IMG/VR virus record: IMGVR_UViG_3300035184_000389
Span: 1 to 27,543 of that record
From: a virus
Lineage: Duplodnaviria; Caudoviricetes
Strand: one strand, 5' to 3'
DNA length: 27,543 nucleotides
The translations under genes were made by a program, and so were the position numbers. Shown piece after piece: positions 15,606-25,907 of this stretch. Every line of letters starts with the position of its first letter. Within the stretch, counting starts at the first letter, position 1. The notes under the pieces are model-generated. The model saw nothing but the letters and a program-made list of their open reading frames with translations, was not told the origin of the DNA and ran no database searches.

Positions 15606-16574
15606 TTAAATAGAAGCTAGCTTTTTACCTTTTAACTTTCCTTCTAATATTAATAACTCATCTTGGTTATCTTCATCAGCTAAGAATCTGATTAAATCAT
15701 CTTCTTCTTTTGCTATCTCATAATCACCTTCAAATATTCTTCCATTAGGTTTAACTCTATAGATAGAATGTTGAATAGCTTGTTTAACTAAATCTTTAAT
15801 ATGGAGTAAATTTTCTTGCATATCAGCAAATCTGCTAAATACTTCTACAGGACTTAATCCTTTAAAGTTACCAGTCTTCATTTCTGACTGCTTCAACATG
15901 TTATCTACTTGATTGTAAACAACTTCTTCTTTTGAATCATCTGATACAGGAAGACCTAAAAGTCTTGCAACTTTCTTTTTCTTCTCTGGACTCATTGAAT
16001 CAAACTTGATAATAGCTTTATTGATTAATTGCTTTCTCTTATAAACGATTGCATTTTCAATATCATCATTAACAACATAAAATTGTGTGTCAGCAGGAAA
16101 TTCTCCTCTTTCCCAAGCTTGGTAAGAAGATGCAATAGTTGGATGAACTCTTAACCAAGCAAATGCTAATTCTTGCATTGTTAGGTTTAAGTCATAATAA
16201 TTATCTCCATCTAACAACTTAACAGGTTGTACGTGCAATTCATCATTTGTTCCAGTGGACAATCCATAGTTCCAAAATTTAGCTCTTGGTCCTAAATCAA
16301 TATCTCCCAAAGCAGCCTGTAGTTTATCTTTAAGATTATTTACACGCTCAATTTCTAGCTCTCTTTCAGTTGGATCTTGAATTCTTTTGATATATCCAGC
16401 ATCAGGATCTATTCCTGTTCTATATTTACCATCTAACTCTTTATAAGGATATTTAAAAACTCCTGTTCCAGGAATTCTTGTCATACCTTGCTGAGCAAGG
16501 TTACTATCCATAGTTTGCAACTGCGAACTGTTATATTGTCTCTTTATAGTAGAGATCTTTCCTAATTTACCCAT
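15606..16574 (-). CDS. hypothetical protein downstream of MCP
   Basis: 322-aa intact ORF, charged and helical; no motif recognised. Confidence 0.6.
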   Translation of the reverse strand: MGKLGKISTIKRQYNSSQLQTMDSNLAQQGMTRIPGTGVFKYPYKELDGKYRTGIDPDAGYIKRIQDPTERELEIERVNNLKDKLQAALGDIDLGPRAKFWNYGLSTGTNDELHVQPVKLLDGDNYYDLNLTMQELAFAWLRVHPTIASSYQAWERGEFPADTQFYVVNDDIENAIVYKRKQLINKAIIKFDSMSPEKKKKVARLLGLPVSDDSKEEVVYNQVDNMLKQSEMKTGNFKGLSPVEVFSRFADMQENLLHIKDLVKQAIQHSIYRVKPNGRIFEGDYEIAKEEDDLIRFLADEDNQDELLILEGKLKGKKLASI

Positions 16575-16612
16575 AATGTAGTTATTAATTTTTGGTTTTA
16601 TTTTATTCTTGT

Positions 16613-16711
16613 TGAGTACTCTGATTGAACAGATAGGAACTTAATCCAGTACTCAGTTGAGAAAGTTGCCCCCTCTGAGGAGGGACAGTGTGGGACGAGG
16701 GGACACTTCTC
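16613..16711 (-). other. two-hairpin structured element directly after the MCP stop
   Basis: TGAGTACT(16613-20)/AGTACTCA(16648-55), CCCCTC(16670-75)/GAGGGG(16697-702) and GAGAA..AGT/ACTTCTC pairings; no U-tract. Confidence 0.6.
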
Positions 16712-16722
16712 GGATATTGTTA

Positions 16723-18288
16723 CTAGAACTGTGGAATTTCTTCTATTAATACAGTTCTTGATAAATCTTCAATGAATACATCACAACGATCTTTCATCCA
16801 TAATTCGTATCCTGGGAATTTGTTAGCAGAGCTCATACCTTGAGATTTTGCAAATCCTAAGTGATGACGAGTTCCATCAATATAACCCCAAGTCATAGAA
16901 GGTGCACCCTTCATACGTACTTCACGAATGTTGTTGATCATTGATCCATCAGATGATGGAGATACATCAAACACCATAAATGTAGGAGTAGACTTTTTGT
17001 TTTGTCCAAATTCTAAGTTAGTTTGTGGTAAATCTAACTCTCTTAAGTGAACAAGTTCTACACGTCCAGTCTCTCTTGTTACCATTGCATCAAATGCAAA
17101 GTTATAAGTAATAGACTGTCCTTCACCTTGCATATATCTGTTTCCAGAATCTGCCATGAACGTAAGACCTGAATTTAATGCATCATTCTTAAGAGCTTGT
17201 TGGAATACATCGAATCCAGCCTCATTAGTATACATTTTAACTCTACGATCTTTTACATCCACTCTTCTGTAGAACAAATCTCCAAATACTGAACGAATCA
17301 AGTTAGCTGAAAATTCTCCACGGTTGTATTGTACTAAGTTTCCGTTATTTCTCATTCTGTGGTATACACCAGCAGAAGTTCTTTTTAATTCTTGCTTAGA
17401 ACCATTAGTCTTAACTGTTCCAGGCTTCGCCCAGATCATTCTCTTAACCTTTAATTCTAACATAGACTTACGCATCCAGAACTCAATAAACGGCTCCCAC
17501 TTAACATCATTACGAGTTAATGGTAACTGATTACGTCTTTGTGGAGCATACACTAAGATATCTAATGGCTTACCAGAAGTATCTCTCATCATTTTATCAT
17601 CAGCCCATTCCGTGATCTTGTGCTCATAACCATATGCAGAACCTAAAGATTCAAACATTGTGATTTGCTCACCTAATCTTGGAAGACCTAATAAGTCTTG
17701 ATCAAATTCTCCAATAGCAGCATCAACTAATTCTAACTCAGTACCTACTGCTAAGAATGTAGTGTTTACGAAATCTACTGTTGGGTTGTCACTTACTAAT
17801 GTAAATTTGTAAATGAATCCAGCGTTCCAAGGCTGAGGATCTTTAATTACATAGAAACGTGGTCCATACTGACGTGTTCCTACAGATATAATTGCATTCT
17901 TAGAGAATTCATTAGTATCTAAAATTAATTCAAATTCTTGACCATCGATACCTAATTTTCCAGTAGCTGCAATGATTGATTGCGTGGAAGCTGGTATGTC
18001 AAGAATCTTTGGAAATTTGTAAGGAACTGCGATGTTCCATTTCCAAGCATCACTATTCGTATCAATGAAGTACGGTGTGCTCTTGTTAATCATGTCTAAG
18101 AAATCATTGCTATACAATGATGATTGAGTATACAGACTAATGATTTTTTTATCATAGTCCGCAGGCTCTGAAGAGTGAAAAGACTCTAAGTGGTTTGAAT
18201 CTGTAAGTTTACCTACAGCACGTTTGTCCATAGACGCTACTCGTGCATAAGTAAAACCAGTTAAACCTGGGATTGTTTGAATTGCCAT
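16723..18288 (-). CDS. major capsid protein (crAss-like HK97 fold)
   Basis: 521 aa, in the canonical position after portal and an acidic protein, and followed by a stabilising structure. Motifs such as TSAGV, MYTNEAG and a C-terminal DVFIED.SR...IE fit crAss-like MCPs. Confidence 0.8.
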   Translation of the reverse strand: MAIQTIPGLTGFTYARVASMDKRAVGKLTDSNHLESFHSSEPADYDKKIISLYTQSSLYSNDFLDMINKSTPYFIDTNSDAWKWNIAVPYKFPKILDIPASTQSIIAATGKLGIDGQEFELILDTNEFSKNAIISVGTRQYGPRFYVIKDPQPWNAGFIYKFTLVSDNPTVDFVNTTFLAVGTELELVDAAIGEFDQDLLGLPRLGEQITMFESLGSAYGYEHKITEWADDKMMRDTSGKPLDILVYAPQRRNQLPLTRNDVKWEPFIEFWMRKSMLELKVKRMIWAKPGTVKTNGSKQELKRTSAGVYHRMRNNGNLVQYNRGEFSANLIRSVFGDLFYRRVDVKDRRVKMYTNEAGFDVFQQALKNDALNSGLTFMADSGNRYMQGEGQSITYNFAFDAMVTRETGRVELVHLRELDLPQTNLEFGQNKKSTPTFMVFDVSPSSDGSMINNIREVRMKGAPSMTWGYIDGTRHHLGFAKSQGMSSANKFPGYELWMKDRCDVFIEDLSRTVLIEEIPQF

Positions 18289-18319
18289 TTTTTTATTCGT
18301 TTTTGTTATTAATTACTAT

Positions 18320-19591
18320 TTATATAAACCATGAATTAGGTTTAGATTTCTTACCTGATGACTTTAAAGTTTTGCTTTTAGTCACTTGTCTAGCTACTTG
18401 ACCAAACAGTTGATTGGATTTTTTAGTAATCCCTGTTCTTTGTATTGTAGATAAGGTAGGATCTTTTTCTAATACCTTAAGTAAAAGTCCTAATTTAACT
18501 TTCATTTCATGATTCTCAGGTCTTTTTAAATCTAAGATAGCACGATCGAAGTCAGTGAGATTTTCTCCAGCAGGAGTTTTCCACTTGTCTACTAATAAAT
18601 AGTCTTGTAGTTCGTTTGCCAAATTAGAATTTAGTGGAATCCCATCAAACTCTTTTTCTTTTAACTTGTCGTTAAGGATTGTTTGAACGTTCTGAACATA
18701 CTGATTTCTAATTTCAGTTTTATGTTGTTGAACTTCTCCAGCTTCCTTATCTAATTGTTGAAGCTTTGCAGCTTCCTTTTTAACTAGCACCTTATGATGT
18801 CTAGCAGCTACGGATTCTAAATCACCGTAATTTTGTAATCTTTCTATTTCTTTACCTATGTCTTCTTTTTCAAAACCTTGATCAGTAAGAGCTTGACTCA
18901 TTACTTGTTTTTGGTTAACTTCATTTGATAAATCCATTTCAGTAAATGCTACAACTTGGTTGTATGCTCCAAAGTATTCTTTTGGATCAGCTCCTTTTAC
19001 AAAGATAGATTCAAAAGCATTTTGGTAATCTTCTCCAAATTGACCAATGAAATTTTGAACTAATTCAGATGCACCTTTTTTCTTTTCAGCATTAAACCTT
19101 TCTAAGAACTCTTCTGGAGTGTTGATTGAAACTTCTTCATCATCCTCATTCTTTGTAAAGACTCCTAACTCTAGCAAGTCACCTGCAAGAGCAGAAAATT
19201 GAGTTCCTTCTTTAGGTTCCTCATCTTCTTCTTCATCTTCATCAACAGGTGTATCTTTTACCTCTGTTTCTTCTTTAGGAGTAATCTCTTCCTCATCTTC
19301 ATCATCCTCAGAAGCACTTAAGAAGTCAGCAACTAGAGATTCTCCAGTTTGCTTTTCTTCATCTGTTTTACCATCCACACTTTTAGGTGGAATAATATCC
19401 TTTCCTTTTTTCACTCCGCTGTTTTCTCCTTTTGGAGAATCAACTTCGTTTACTATAGGTTCAATATCATCAGGGTCACCTGAAGCTGTTTCTGGGGAAA
19501 GTAAGTCATTAAGTAATTGAGCGTCTCCTGCACCTGTGTCAAGAGTATTTTCAATACCGAAGTTACCTATGTTATCTAAATTATCAGACAT
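18320..19591 (-). CDS. putative scaffolding / head assembly protein
   Basis: 423 aa; very acidic, low-complexity N-terminus and helical C-terminus, located between portal and MCP. Confidence 0.55.
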   Translation of the reverse strand: MSDNLDNIGNFGIENTLDTGAGDAQLLNDLLSPETASGDPDDIEPIVNEVDSPKGENSGVKKGKDIIPPKSVDGKTDEEKQTGESLVADFLSASEDDEDEEEITPKEETEVKDTPVDEDEEEDEEPKEGTQFSALAGDLLELGVFTKNEDDEEVSINTPEEFLERFNAEKKKGASELVQNFIGQFGEDYQNAFESIFVKGADPKEYFGAYNQVVAFTEMDLSNEVNQKQVMSQALTDQGFEKEDIGKEIERLQNYGDLESVAARHHKVLVKKEAAKLQQLDKEAGEVQQHKTEIRNQYVQNVQTILNDKLKEKEFDGIPLNSNLANELQDYLLVDKWKTPAGENLTDFDRAILDLKRPENHEMKVKLGLLLKVLEKDPTLSTIQRTGITKKSNQLFGQVARQVTKSKTLKSSGKKSKPNSWFI

Positions 19592-19628
19592 ATGTAGTTA
19601 TATTTTATTACTATTTGGTTTCTATATG

Positions 19629-19659
19629 TAAAAATAGGAGAAGAGTATCTAATATCAAA
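19629..19659 (-). promoter_or_regulatory. Bacteroidota-type promoter (variant) upstream of scaffold-MCP
   Basis: The minus strand reads TTTG-N19-TATTTTTA in the portal-scaffold intergenic gap. Confidence 0.45.
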
Positions 19660-19693
19660 ACATTATTTGCACATTACTACAACTTTTTTAAAT

Positions 19694-19706
19694 AATATAG
19701 CATTAA
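19694..19706 (+). repeat. AATATAGCATTAA intergenic motif, copy 1
   Basis: Identical 13-mer at 27235-27247 and an inverted near-identical copy at 26335-26347. Confidence 0.6.
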
Positions 19707-19733
19707 TATTTTTACCTCTCCTAATTTAATTAG

Positions 19734-22319
19734 TTAGTTTTTCTTTTCTCTTCCTTTTGCATTCATTTTAGCAACCGCAAGATCATTTGCTTGATTGTCA
19801 CGAGATAATTTAATTTTCTCTCTTTCAATTTGTAGTTTTTGTTGAGCTAAACTACTCTTTGAATTTATGTCAGCCATTTTAGTTTCGTAATCCTTATCAG
19901 CTTTATTTTGTTGCATTGTTAGATTTTCGATTTCTAATGCATCTGGGGTTCCATTATTATCTGCATCAGAGGATGCTCCACCTTCTTTAGACATTGCATT
20001 TATCATAGCAATCTCTTTTTTGTTTACACGATCCAGTTCATTCTGATAATTCTCATTAGCTGTTTCTTGTTGAGCTAATTGTTCAGTCTGTTGCATTTGA
20101 GCTTGTGCAATTTTTCCAGCTTGTTCTTGTTGCTGTTGTTGCATTTGCATTTGCTGTTCTTGTTGTCCAACTTGTCTATCTCTAAGGTCTTTGAAAGTCT
20201 TTTTCATTTCTCTCATTGATTTAGTGCTGTACAATTCAATTACATCATATAATGTGCCACCGTTTTGTATAATAGCTTGAGACAGTTGTCTAAGTTCATT
20301 AAACATTTGAGTGTCTTCTGGTCTATTAGTTAAGAATACTTTTAAATCTCTAAGTTTTAACTCTGTTCCATTCACTTGTACAAATGCAGACTCACCTTCA
20401 TTTGTTATATATGATAGTGTAGATTGAGGTTTAGTACTTTCTGTATATAAAGAAGCATCTATTATACCTTGATACAATTGACCTAATACATATTCGTGTG
20501 CAACAAATAGAGGCTCTGTCTGAGAGTAACTCTGTTGCATAGCAGTATTTGTACCTGTAGCTGTTTCTGATGCAGATACAGACCCCATACGCTGTCTAGA
20601 CATACCTATAAGTTCCCAGCATTCAACTTTCATTTGTTGAGCTAAGTTATAACGAGATTGTATTTCTTGTGTACGTGTAAGATCTAAAGATGTAAATTGA
20701 TTAAATGAACTAGGAGCTTTTAAATTCTCTGGACTGTCATCAATAAATACAACACCACGTTCACGAGCTTCCATCTCCCATATGTCAAGTGCATCTTGTG
20801 CATCTCCATCTTTAGGAACAGGTATATGTCGTAATGACATTAATTGAACCTTACCAACTTCTTTTTCCAGAAGCTTGTATAATTGATTCATACAGACATT
20901 ATAAATAACTTGGAAGGGTTTCATTAGATCTACTAGAGATCGTGCCTCTGTGTTCTTTATTTCATATGTAGTACCTATAATTGGACAGTAATCTAAAAGG
21001 TCATAAGGTTTAACATGATAAATGTCTGGTCCAATTTTAATTCCTTGGTACCATTGATTGATCCATCCCCACTCTAAAGATTCTTCTGTAGGTATATCTC
21101 CTGATTTGTAACTTTCATCTACTAATACAGATTGCTCATTACCCATTTCATCTATATAAATCAACTTACCTATTTTCTTTTTAGATACCCAATAGCTTCT
21201 TACGACAACATATTTATATCCAAATGAAGATACATTACTAGTTAACCCTAAGAAATCTTGCAACCCATCATTATTCTCTTTCATTTCTGATTCAATAATC
21301 ATACGTGTCTGTAAAACTAAAGGATCATAAGTATCGTAGTTTATAGAATCTATACCAGGACTAACATCTGAGTTACCTAGATTAGATTCTCTTACATTTA
21401 TAAGTCCGTAATCTTGCAACGCACTTCTTAAATGATCTATCTCATCTTTTTGTAAATCTGGAAATGCTTCTATTATTTCTGATATTTCCATAACTTCCAC
21501 AGTACCAGCAGCATACGCTCCTTGATTTCTACCTGATGGATCTGATATATATTTTTTATCTGGTGTAGTTAAAAACCATGTGTTCTTTGGGTTACAAACT
21601 TCTACATTATATCCCACTTTTGAATTATCCTCATATATATGATAGAACTCTCTTGCTGATATTAGTAAATCTCTAAATGCATCTTCACTCTTTTCTTTTA
21701 GATTAAAGTCTGCCTTCTGACAAGTAAGTGTGTGATTAGCCCATTTTTCAGCTACTGATGTGTATGAATCAAGTTGTTCTTTAACTTGTTCAAACGTTAT
21801 CTTTTCAAGATCTTCTGAACTTAACTCTTGTCCAGCAATAGCAGCCTTTGCAGATACTTGCTCTTTAACTTGAGCTATTACGTAAGCTTGTAAGGTATCT
21901 GTTTTAAATTGTAATTCTTGTGCTTGACTATCATCATCAAAAGCTTTAACTCTAAATGAGTCTGGTCTTTTAGATATTTCTCCTACTAATTCATTTATAG
22001 GAGTTGTCATTATTGAATAATGTTTTACGTAAGAAGGAAGCTCTAAATCTTCTTGTAACATATCTGTAAAGCTTTTAACATCTGGTTGGTCTATCATGAA
22101 GTCTTCTCTTCTTAATATACCTTTCATTAAGTCATAGTTCTTTACAAAAGTCTCTCTGTTTCTTGTATACTCAGCATATGCTTTATTTGAGAAATAATCC
22201 ATTGTATTCTTTACCCAACTATCATCTTGCTTCTGCTTTGCGCTTTTAAACTGATCAGGAAAGATGTTTAGGTAAGCATACCTAATGTTTTCTTCTTTTG
22301 TATATCTTATAATTGCCAT
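19734..22319 (-). CDS. portal protein
   Basis: 861 aa directly downstream of TerL; contains INELVGE, SLVDLMKPFQ..YN, IG.SRQR.G, a Gln-rich coiled-coil barrel and a DxDxNG motif. The size is typical of crAss-like portals. Confidence 0.85.
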   Translation of the reverse strand: MAIIRYTKEENIRYAYLNIFPDQFKSAKQKQDDSWVKNTMDYFSNKAYAEYTRNRETFVKNYDLMKGILRREDFMIDQPDVKSFTDMLQEDLELPSYVKHYSIMTTPINELVGEISKRPDSFRVKAFDDDSQAQELQFKTDTLQAYVIAQVKEQVSAKAAIAGQELSSEDLEKITFEQVKEQLDSYTSVAEKWANHTLTCQKADFNLKEKSEDAFRDLLISAREFYHIYEDNSKVGYNVEVCNPKNTWFLTTPDKKYISDPSGRNQGAYAAGTVEVMEISEIIEAFPDLQKDEIDHLRSALQDYGLINVRESNLGNSDVSPGIDSINYDTYDPLVLQTRMIIESEMKENNDGLQDFLGLTSNVSSFGYKYVVVRSYWVSKKKIGKLIYIDEMGNEQSVLVDESYKSGDIPTEESLEWGWINQWYQGIKIGPDIYHVKPYDLLDYCPIIGTTYEIKNTEARSLVDLMKPFQVIYNVCMNQLYKLLEKEVGKVQLMSLRHIPVPKDGDAQDALDIWEMEARERGVVFIDDSPENLKAPSSFNQFTSLDLTRTQEIQSRYNLAQQMKVECWELIGMSRQRMGSVSASETATGTNTAMQQSYSQTEPLFVAHEYVLGQLYQGIIDASLYTESTKPQSTLSYITNEGESAFVQVNGTELKLRDLKVFLTNRPEDTQMFNELRQLSQAIIQNGGTLYDVIELYSTKSMREMKKTFKDLRDRQVGQQEQQMQMQQQQQEQAGKIAQAQMQQTEQLAQQETANENYQNELDRVNKKEIAMINAMSKEGGASSDADNNGTPDALEIENLTMQQNKADKDYETKMADINSKSSLAQQKLQIEREKIKLSRDNQANDLAVAKMNAKGREKKN

Positions 22320-24340
22320 TATGAAAAAAGTTTGTTTTTCTTTCTATTAAAGAGTCCTCGTGACTCTGTGAATAGCTTGTTTTTTTTGTTCTTATTAAAC
22401 ATAGATGTTAATCTAACGTCTTCTTTGTCTCCCACCTTACCTAGGATGGGATCTAACTTCATAGCTAATGCAACTGCTAATTCAGCTGCAATAATTCTAT
22501 CAAAGTTACCTGTCTCATTATACTGAATCATTTCTTCTAGTAATAATGGATCAAGTATTTTTGCCATACCTTTTGTTTCAGATACAACCTCATCATCTTC
22601 ATTAGTTTCAGAATGAATTATTTCTTCTGAATACTTTTTAAGACATCCGTGTAAAAAGTCTCTAATCTTTTCTGATGATCTATGTATACCATAGTCACGT
22701 CTTACAGTAGTAGTAGGTACTATTTCTTTTAGCCAAGTAGGTTGTCTTTCAAGATATTGAGCGTCACCTTTACTAATCATATGATCTATAAAAGATATCT
22801 CATCATTTTCACATAAGGCTCGTGCATTAAAATACTTAATCAAGTAACGAGCTTGGTTTTCCCATGTTTCTTTTTTATCAGGCCTTGCACAATAACTAGC
22901 TACAAACATATCTTGGTACTTATCACCAGATATAGCATGCATTCGTTTATATATGTATACTGATCCTAATGAGGAACTGTATGCTGATTTACCTTGTCTA
23001 TATGGATCAATACCTGCAACATATAGGCCATATGGTGGATTTTCCATAGGAAATTCATATATAACTATAGGAGCATCTTTTAAATCAGTAGCTTTTAATG
23101 GAAAATTAGATATTGGCATGTTGTCTGTAAACTCATGCTTTACACCTTCACCATCATCATATAGTATAACAGGCGTACCTGTTCTTTCATTTTCTAATAA
23201 TCTATTCTTTTGACGCTTAGCTGAACTTATATCAAATATGTTTGTATCTTCATTTAAGAATATGTCATCTACCTCTTGAGGGTAGTACATCTTTTCTTTT
23301 AAGTAAGCTAATCTATCTCCAGCCTTTTTTAATCTTTCTAAGTTATCATTAGTAACCTTATCAGCCTTTTCCTTATTAGACACCATCATTGGTATCTTTT
23401 GCAAAGGTGATTTTTTTGGCTTGTTTAAAAACGCTCCAAGTGAACTATCTTCTTTAGCCTCCATTCTATATTCATGACCAATAAATAATCCATGAATACG
23501 CTTATCATCTTTTGAATTATTGTACGTAAGAAAATTAAAGTTTTCTACGTCAAACATTAAAGACTTTGCATCCATAAACTTCTTCATGTCTCCACCTGTC
23601 CCTGTCAATATAGGACTACAACCCCAACCAAATGGTGTTGTAAATCCAGGTATAGCTGCTTGTAATCCTCTTAGAAAATTACCTTTACCTATCTCATCAA
23701 TAATTAATCTTCTAGGCTTAGTACCTGCAATTGCTTCTTCGTTGTTACCATCATCTAAGTTACGTATGAGGATTTGTGAAAACGGTATTCTTTCACCACC
23801 TCTAGTTTTAATACCTAACGTTACTTGATTTTTCCAGTTATCTTCTACTCTTTGCCATCTCCAGGCTTTAGGTAAGAAGTTTAAACCTTTGTCAATCTTA
23901 TCTGTAATAAGCTTAATATCAGGAGCATTTAGTCCTGCAATAATGTTTTGTGAGTTCTCATCAAAAGTTGCACCTTGAGCAATGTAACTTGCTTCTATAA
24001 CAGACTTAGCAAAACGTCTAATTCCTAGTATTACTAGTCCTTTCTTTTCTTTATGTGCTCTATCTATTTCATTAGTTACTAACCACTCATTGTCTCTTAG
24101 TAAAGGGTTAGCATACTTTTGATTAATTCTACCATACTCATCTATAATATCAACTTCTGTATGCCAAGCATTTAAATGCCAATATAGGAATGGATTAATA
24201 TATGTACCATCCATCATGCACCCATTCATACATAAGTCTTTATGAAACGCATAAAAAGATTTGTACTCCTCAGAATCCTTATCAGGAACTCTTTTTTGGT
24301 TAATCATCCAATCTTTATAGTCTATGCTTTGTAGTTTCAT
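22319..24340 (-). CDS. terL: terminase large subunit
   Basis: ATPase motifs GIRRFAKS (Walker A-like), LIIDEIG (Walker B) and GTGG; RNase H-like nuclease motifs AGIDPY and NFDRI. Confidence 0.9.
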   Translation of the reverse strand: MKLQSIDYKDWMINQKRVPDKDSEEYKSFYAFHKDLCMNGCMMDGTYINPFLYWHLNAWHTEVDIIDEYGRINQKYANPLLRDNEWLVTNEIDRAHKEKKGLVILGIRRFAKSVIEASYIAQGATFDENSQNIIAGLNAPDIKLITDKIDKGLNFLPKAWRWQRVEDNWKNQVTLGIKTRGGERIPFSQILIRNLDDGNNEEAIAGTKPRRLIIDEIGKGNFLRGLQAAIPGFTTPFGWGCSPILTGTGGDMKKFMDAKSLMFDVENFNFLTYNNSKDDKRIHGLFIGHEYRMEAKEDSSLGAFLNKPKKSPLQKIPMMVSNKEKADKVTNDNLERLKKAGDRLAYLKEKMYYPQEVDDIFLNEDTNIFDISSAKRQKNRLLENERTGTPVILYDDGEGVKHEFTDNMPISNFPLKATDLKDAPIVIYEFPMENPPYGLYVAGIDPYRQGKSAYSSSLGSVYIYKRMHAISGDKYQDMFVASYCARPDKKETWENQARYLIKYFNARALCENDEISFIDHMISKGDAQYLERQPTWLKEIVPTTTVRRDYGIHRSSEKIRDFLHGCLKKYSEEIIHSETNEDDEVVSETKGMAKILDPLLLEEMIQYNETGNFDRIIAAELAVALAMKLDPILGKVGDKEDVRLTSMFNKNKKNKLFTESRGLFNRKKNKLFS

Positions 24341-24669
24341 TCTTTTCTACTCTTTATAAACTCTTCAGCCATAGATCCCAACTCTTGTCCACCTCTAGTT
24401 TCTATTTTCTTCTTTGCTTCCTTTTCACGAAGTTTATCAACTTGTTCTAAAAGAGACAGATAGTTCTTCATTGTATCTTGTACAAATTTTCCTTGAGACT
24501 CTATACTTGCAACAACCATTGGTATTTGACCACCGTTAGAAGTTTCTTTGTATTTTACTCTATCATCAAGCTTATGTAATGGATTAGCATCAACGTACTC
24601 TTTCCAAGAGATTAATTGCTGCTCTGCCCAATCAAGCTCTGCATTAATATATGTAGTTTTTTTTGCCAT
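24337..24669 (-). CDS. putative terminase small subunit
   Basis: 110-aa helical protein overlapping the TerL start (ATGA), with a C-terminal K..TRGG segment. Function inferred from position. Confidence 0.5.
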   Translation of the reverse strand: MAKKTTYINAELDWAEQQLISWKEYVDANPLHKLDDRVKYKETSNGGQIPMVVASIESQGKFVQDTMKNYLSLLEQVDKLREKEAKKKIETRGGQELGSMAEEFIKSRKE

Positions 24670-24736
24670 CTTGTTCTTGATTCCATCCGTCTTCCCAGTA
24701 TATAAAGACGTAATTATTATTAGTAGAGTTCGTCAT
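24644..24736 (-). CDS. possible 30-aa micro-ORF
   Basis: MTNSTNNNYVFIYWEDGWNQEQDGKKNYIY* bridges the 50-nt gap between two genes and overlaps both. Confidence 0.3.
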   Translation of the reverse strand: MTNSTNNNYVFIYWEDGWNQEQDGKKNYIY

Positions 24737-24995
24737 GGTCTTCTAAACTTAAGTCCATTCCATCTTTTAATATTTTATCCATTTCCCAGTCATCATCAGA
24801 TAGCTCCACTGCATCTAGTTTAGCTTGGTAATTACGCAACAAAGAGTAAAATTTTTCATTGCTCAGTGACCATATGTTTTCTCCATCTAAAGCTGTGTCT
24901 ATGTGTTTTCCAAGACTAATCTTAGGATGGTTTACGGTCAATTGGTTAATGATCTTTACAATTTCTTGCATATATGTATTAGTTGGTTTTCTCAT
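24720..24995 (-). CDS. hypothetical protein
   Basis: 91-aa ORF tightly packed in the operon, with an acidic C-terminus. Confidence 0.65.
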   Translation of the reverse strand: MRKPTNTYMQEIVKIINQLTVNHPKISLGKHIDTALDGENIWSLSNEKFYSLLRNYQAKLDAVELSDDDWEMDKILKDGMDLSLEDHDELY

Positions 24996-25002
24996 TAGTC
25001 AC

Positions 25003-25290
25003 TTAAATTAAGTCATTTATATCTTCATCTGAAAGTGGATTTAGCTTTTTATCAGGTTCTTCGTAAGGGTGTTCTGTAAATAAGTATTCTGGATCATCTT
25101 CATTATCTTCTGATTTACCATCGCTATCAATATAGTATTCAGGACGAACTGTAACTTTAATGATGTCATTCTCTTTACCTTCTTGTTCCTCTCCTTCTAT
25201 ATCAATAAAATCTGCTCCATCTTCAAACAGTTGGCTCAGTACTTGGATCAGTGATGATACTGATACTTTATTAAGTCGTAGTTTTTTCAT
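25003..25290 (-). CDS. hypothetical acidic protein
   Basis: 95 aa, overlaps the upstream gene and ends in an acidic tail LSDEDINDLI. Confidence 0.65.
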   Translation of the reverse strand: MKKLRLNKVSVSSLIQVLSQLFEDGADFIDIEGEEQEGKENDIIKVTVRPEYYIDSDGKSEDNEDDPEYLFTEHPYEEPDKKLNPLSDEDINDLI

Positions 25291-25564
25291 AATCTTTATA
25301 TTTACCTTCTTGTTCTGACGTTAGTACAGCCTGCCACTTATTAATAGGACACGAGCAAGATAAGCATTTTGTTTTTGCAGATAGTGTACATCCACAACTT
25401 ACACAATGTGCATCTGGTCGTACTGTTTTGTGATTGATAGAATGATTATCACATCCATCACATATAGCTATTCTTTCAGCACTCACTTCTGCAATCTTAT
25501 CTTTTAATTTTTCAGGGGGTAGAATCTTATTTCTCCATCCTTCATATATCTCAGATAGTTTCAT
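25271..25564 (-). CDS. small Cys-rich putative zinc-binding protein
   Basis: R..ICDGC...CVSCGC.L.AKT.C....CP..KW pattern, common in phage small proteins. Confidence 0.75.
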   Translation of the reverse strand: MKLSEIYEGWRNKILPPEKLKDKIAEVSAERIAICDGCDNHSINHKTVRPDAHCVSCGCTLSAKTKCLSCSCPINKWQAVLTSEQEGKYKDYEKTTT

Positions 25565-25907
25565 CTTCTTTTATTTTTGGTTTTAATGAATTCAAAGTTA
25601 AGTTTATAGAACTTAATTTACTTTTTATAAAGTTAGATCTTTTTAACGAGATATCATCCTCTGTTAAGATCTTTTCGTAAGATTCTTTAACCTTTTCTAG
25701 ACTTTTCACCTTTGTCTTAGCTTTTTTCTTATTAAACAAAAACTTACCATAACCAGATATCTCTACACTATTGTTATTCTTTAGTGCATCGTGGGCACTA
25801 TTGAACTGGTGAGCTATTACTTGATTCAGAACTATCTCTGACACTATTAGCTTGGTTGACATCTTCTTTATAACTCGATCCTTTAAGGACAGTTTTGACT
25901 TCTTCAT
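25551..25907 (-). CDS. HU/IHF-like DNA-binding protein
   Basis: Basic 118-aa protein with two helices followed by ALKNNNSVEISGYGKF (HU-type V.I.GFG.F motif). Confidence 0.65.
   Translation of the reverse strand: MKKSKLSLKDRVIKKMSTKLIVSEIVLNQVIAHQFNSAHDALKNNNSVEISGYGKFLFNKKKAKTKVKSLEKVKESYEKILTEDDISLKRSNFIKSKLSSINLTLNSLKPKIKEDETI

Noticed and set aside
16720-16725. MCP ends TAG immediately followed by TAA, hinting at stop-codon reassignment as in some crAss-like phages
   Set aside because: Long genes are intact under the standard code with high coding density, and both TAG (27045-47) and TGA (24337-39) serve as plausible stops.
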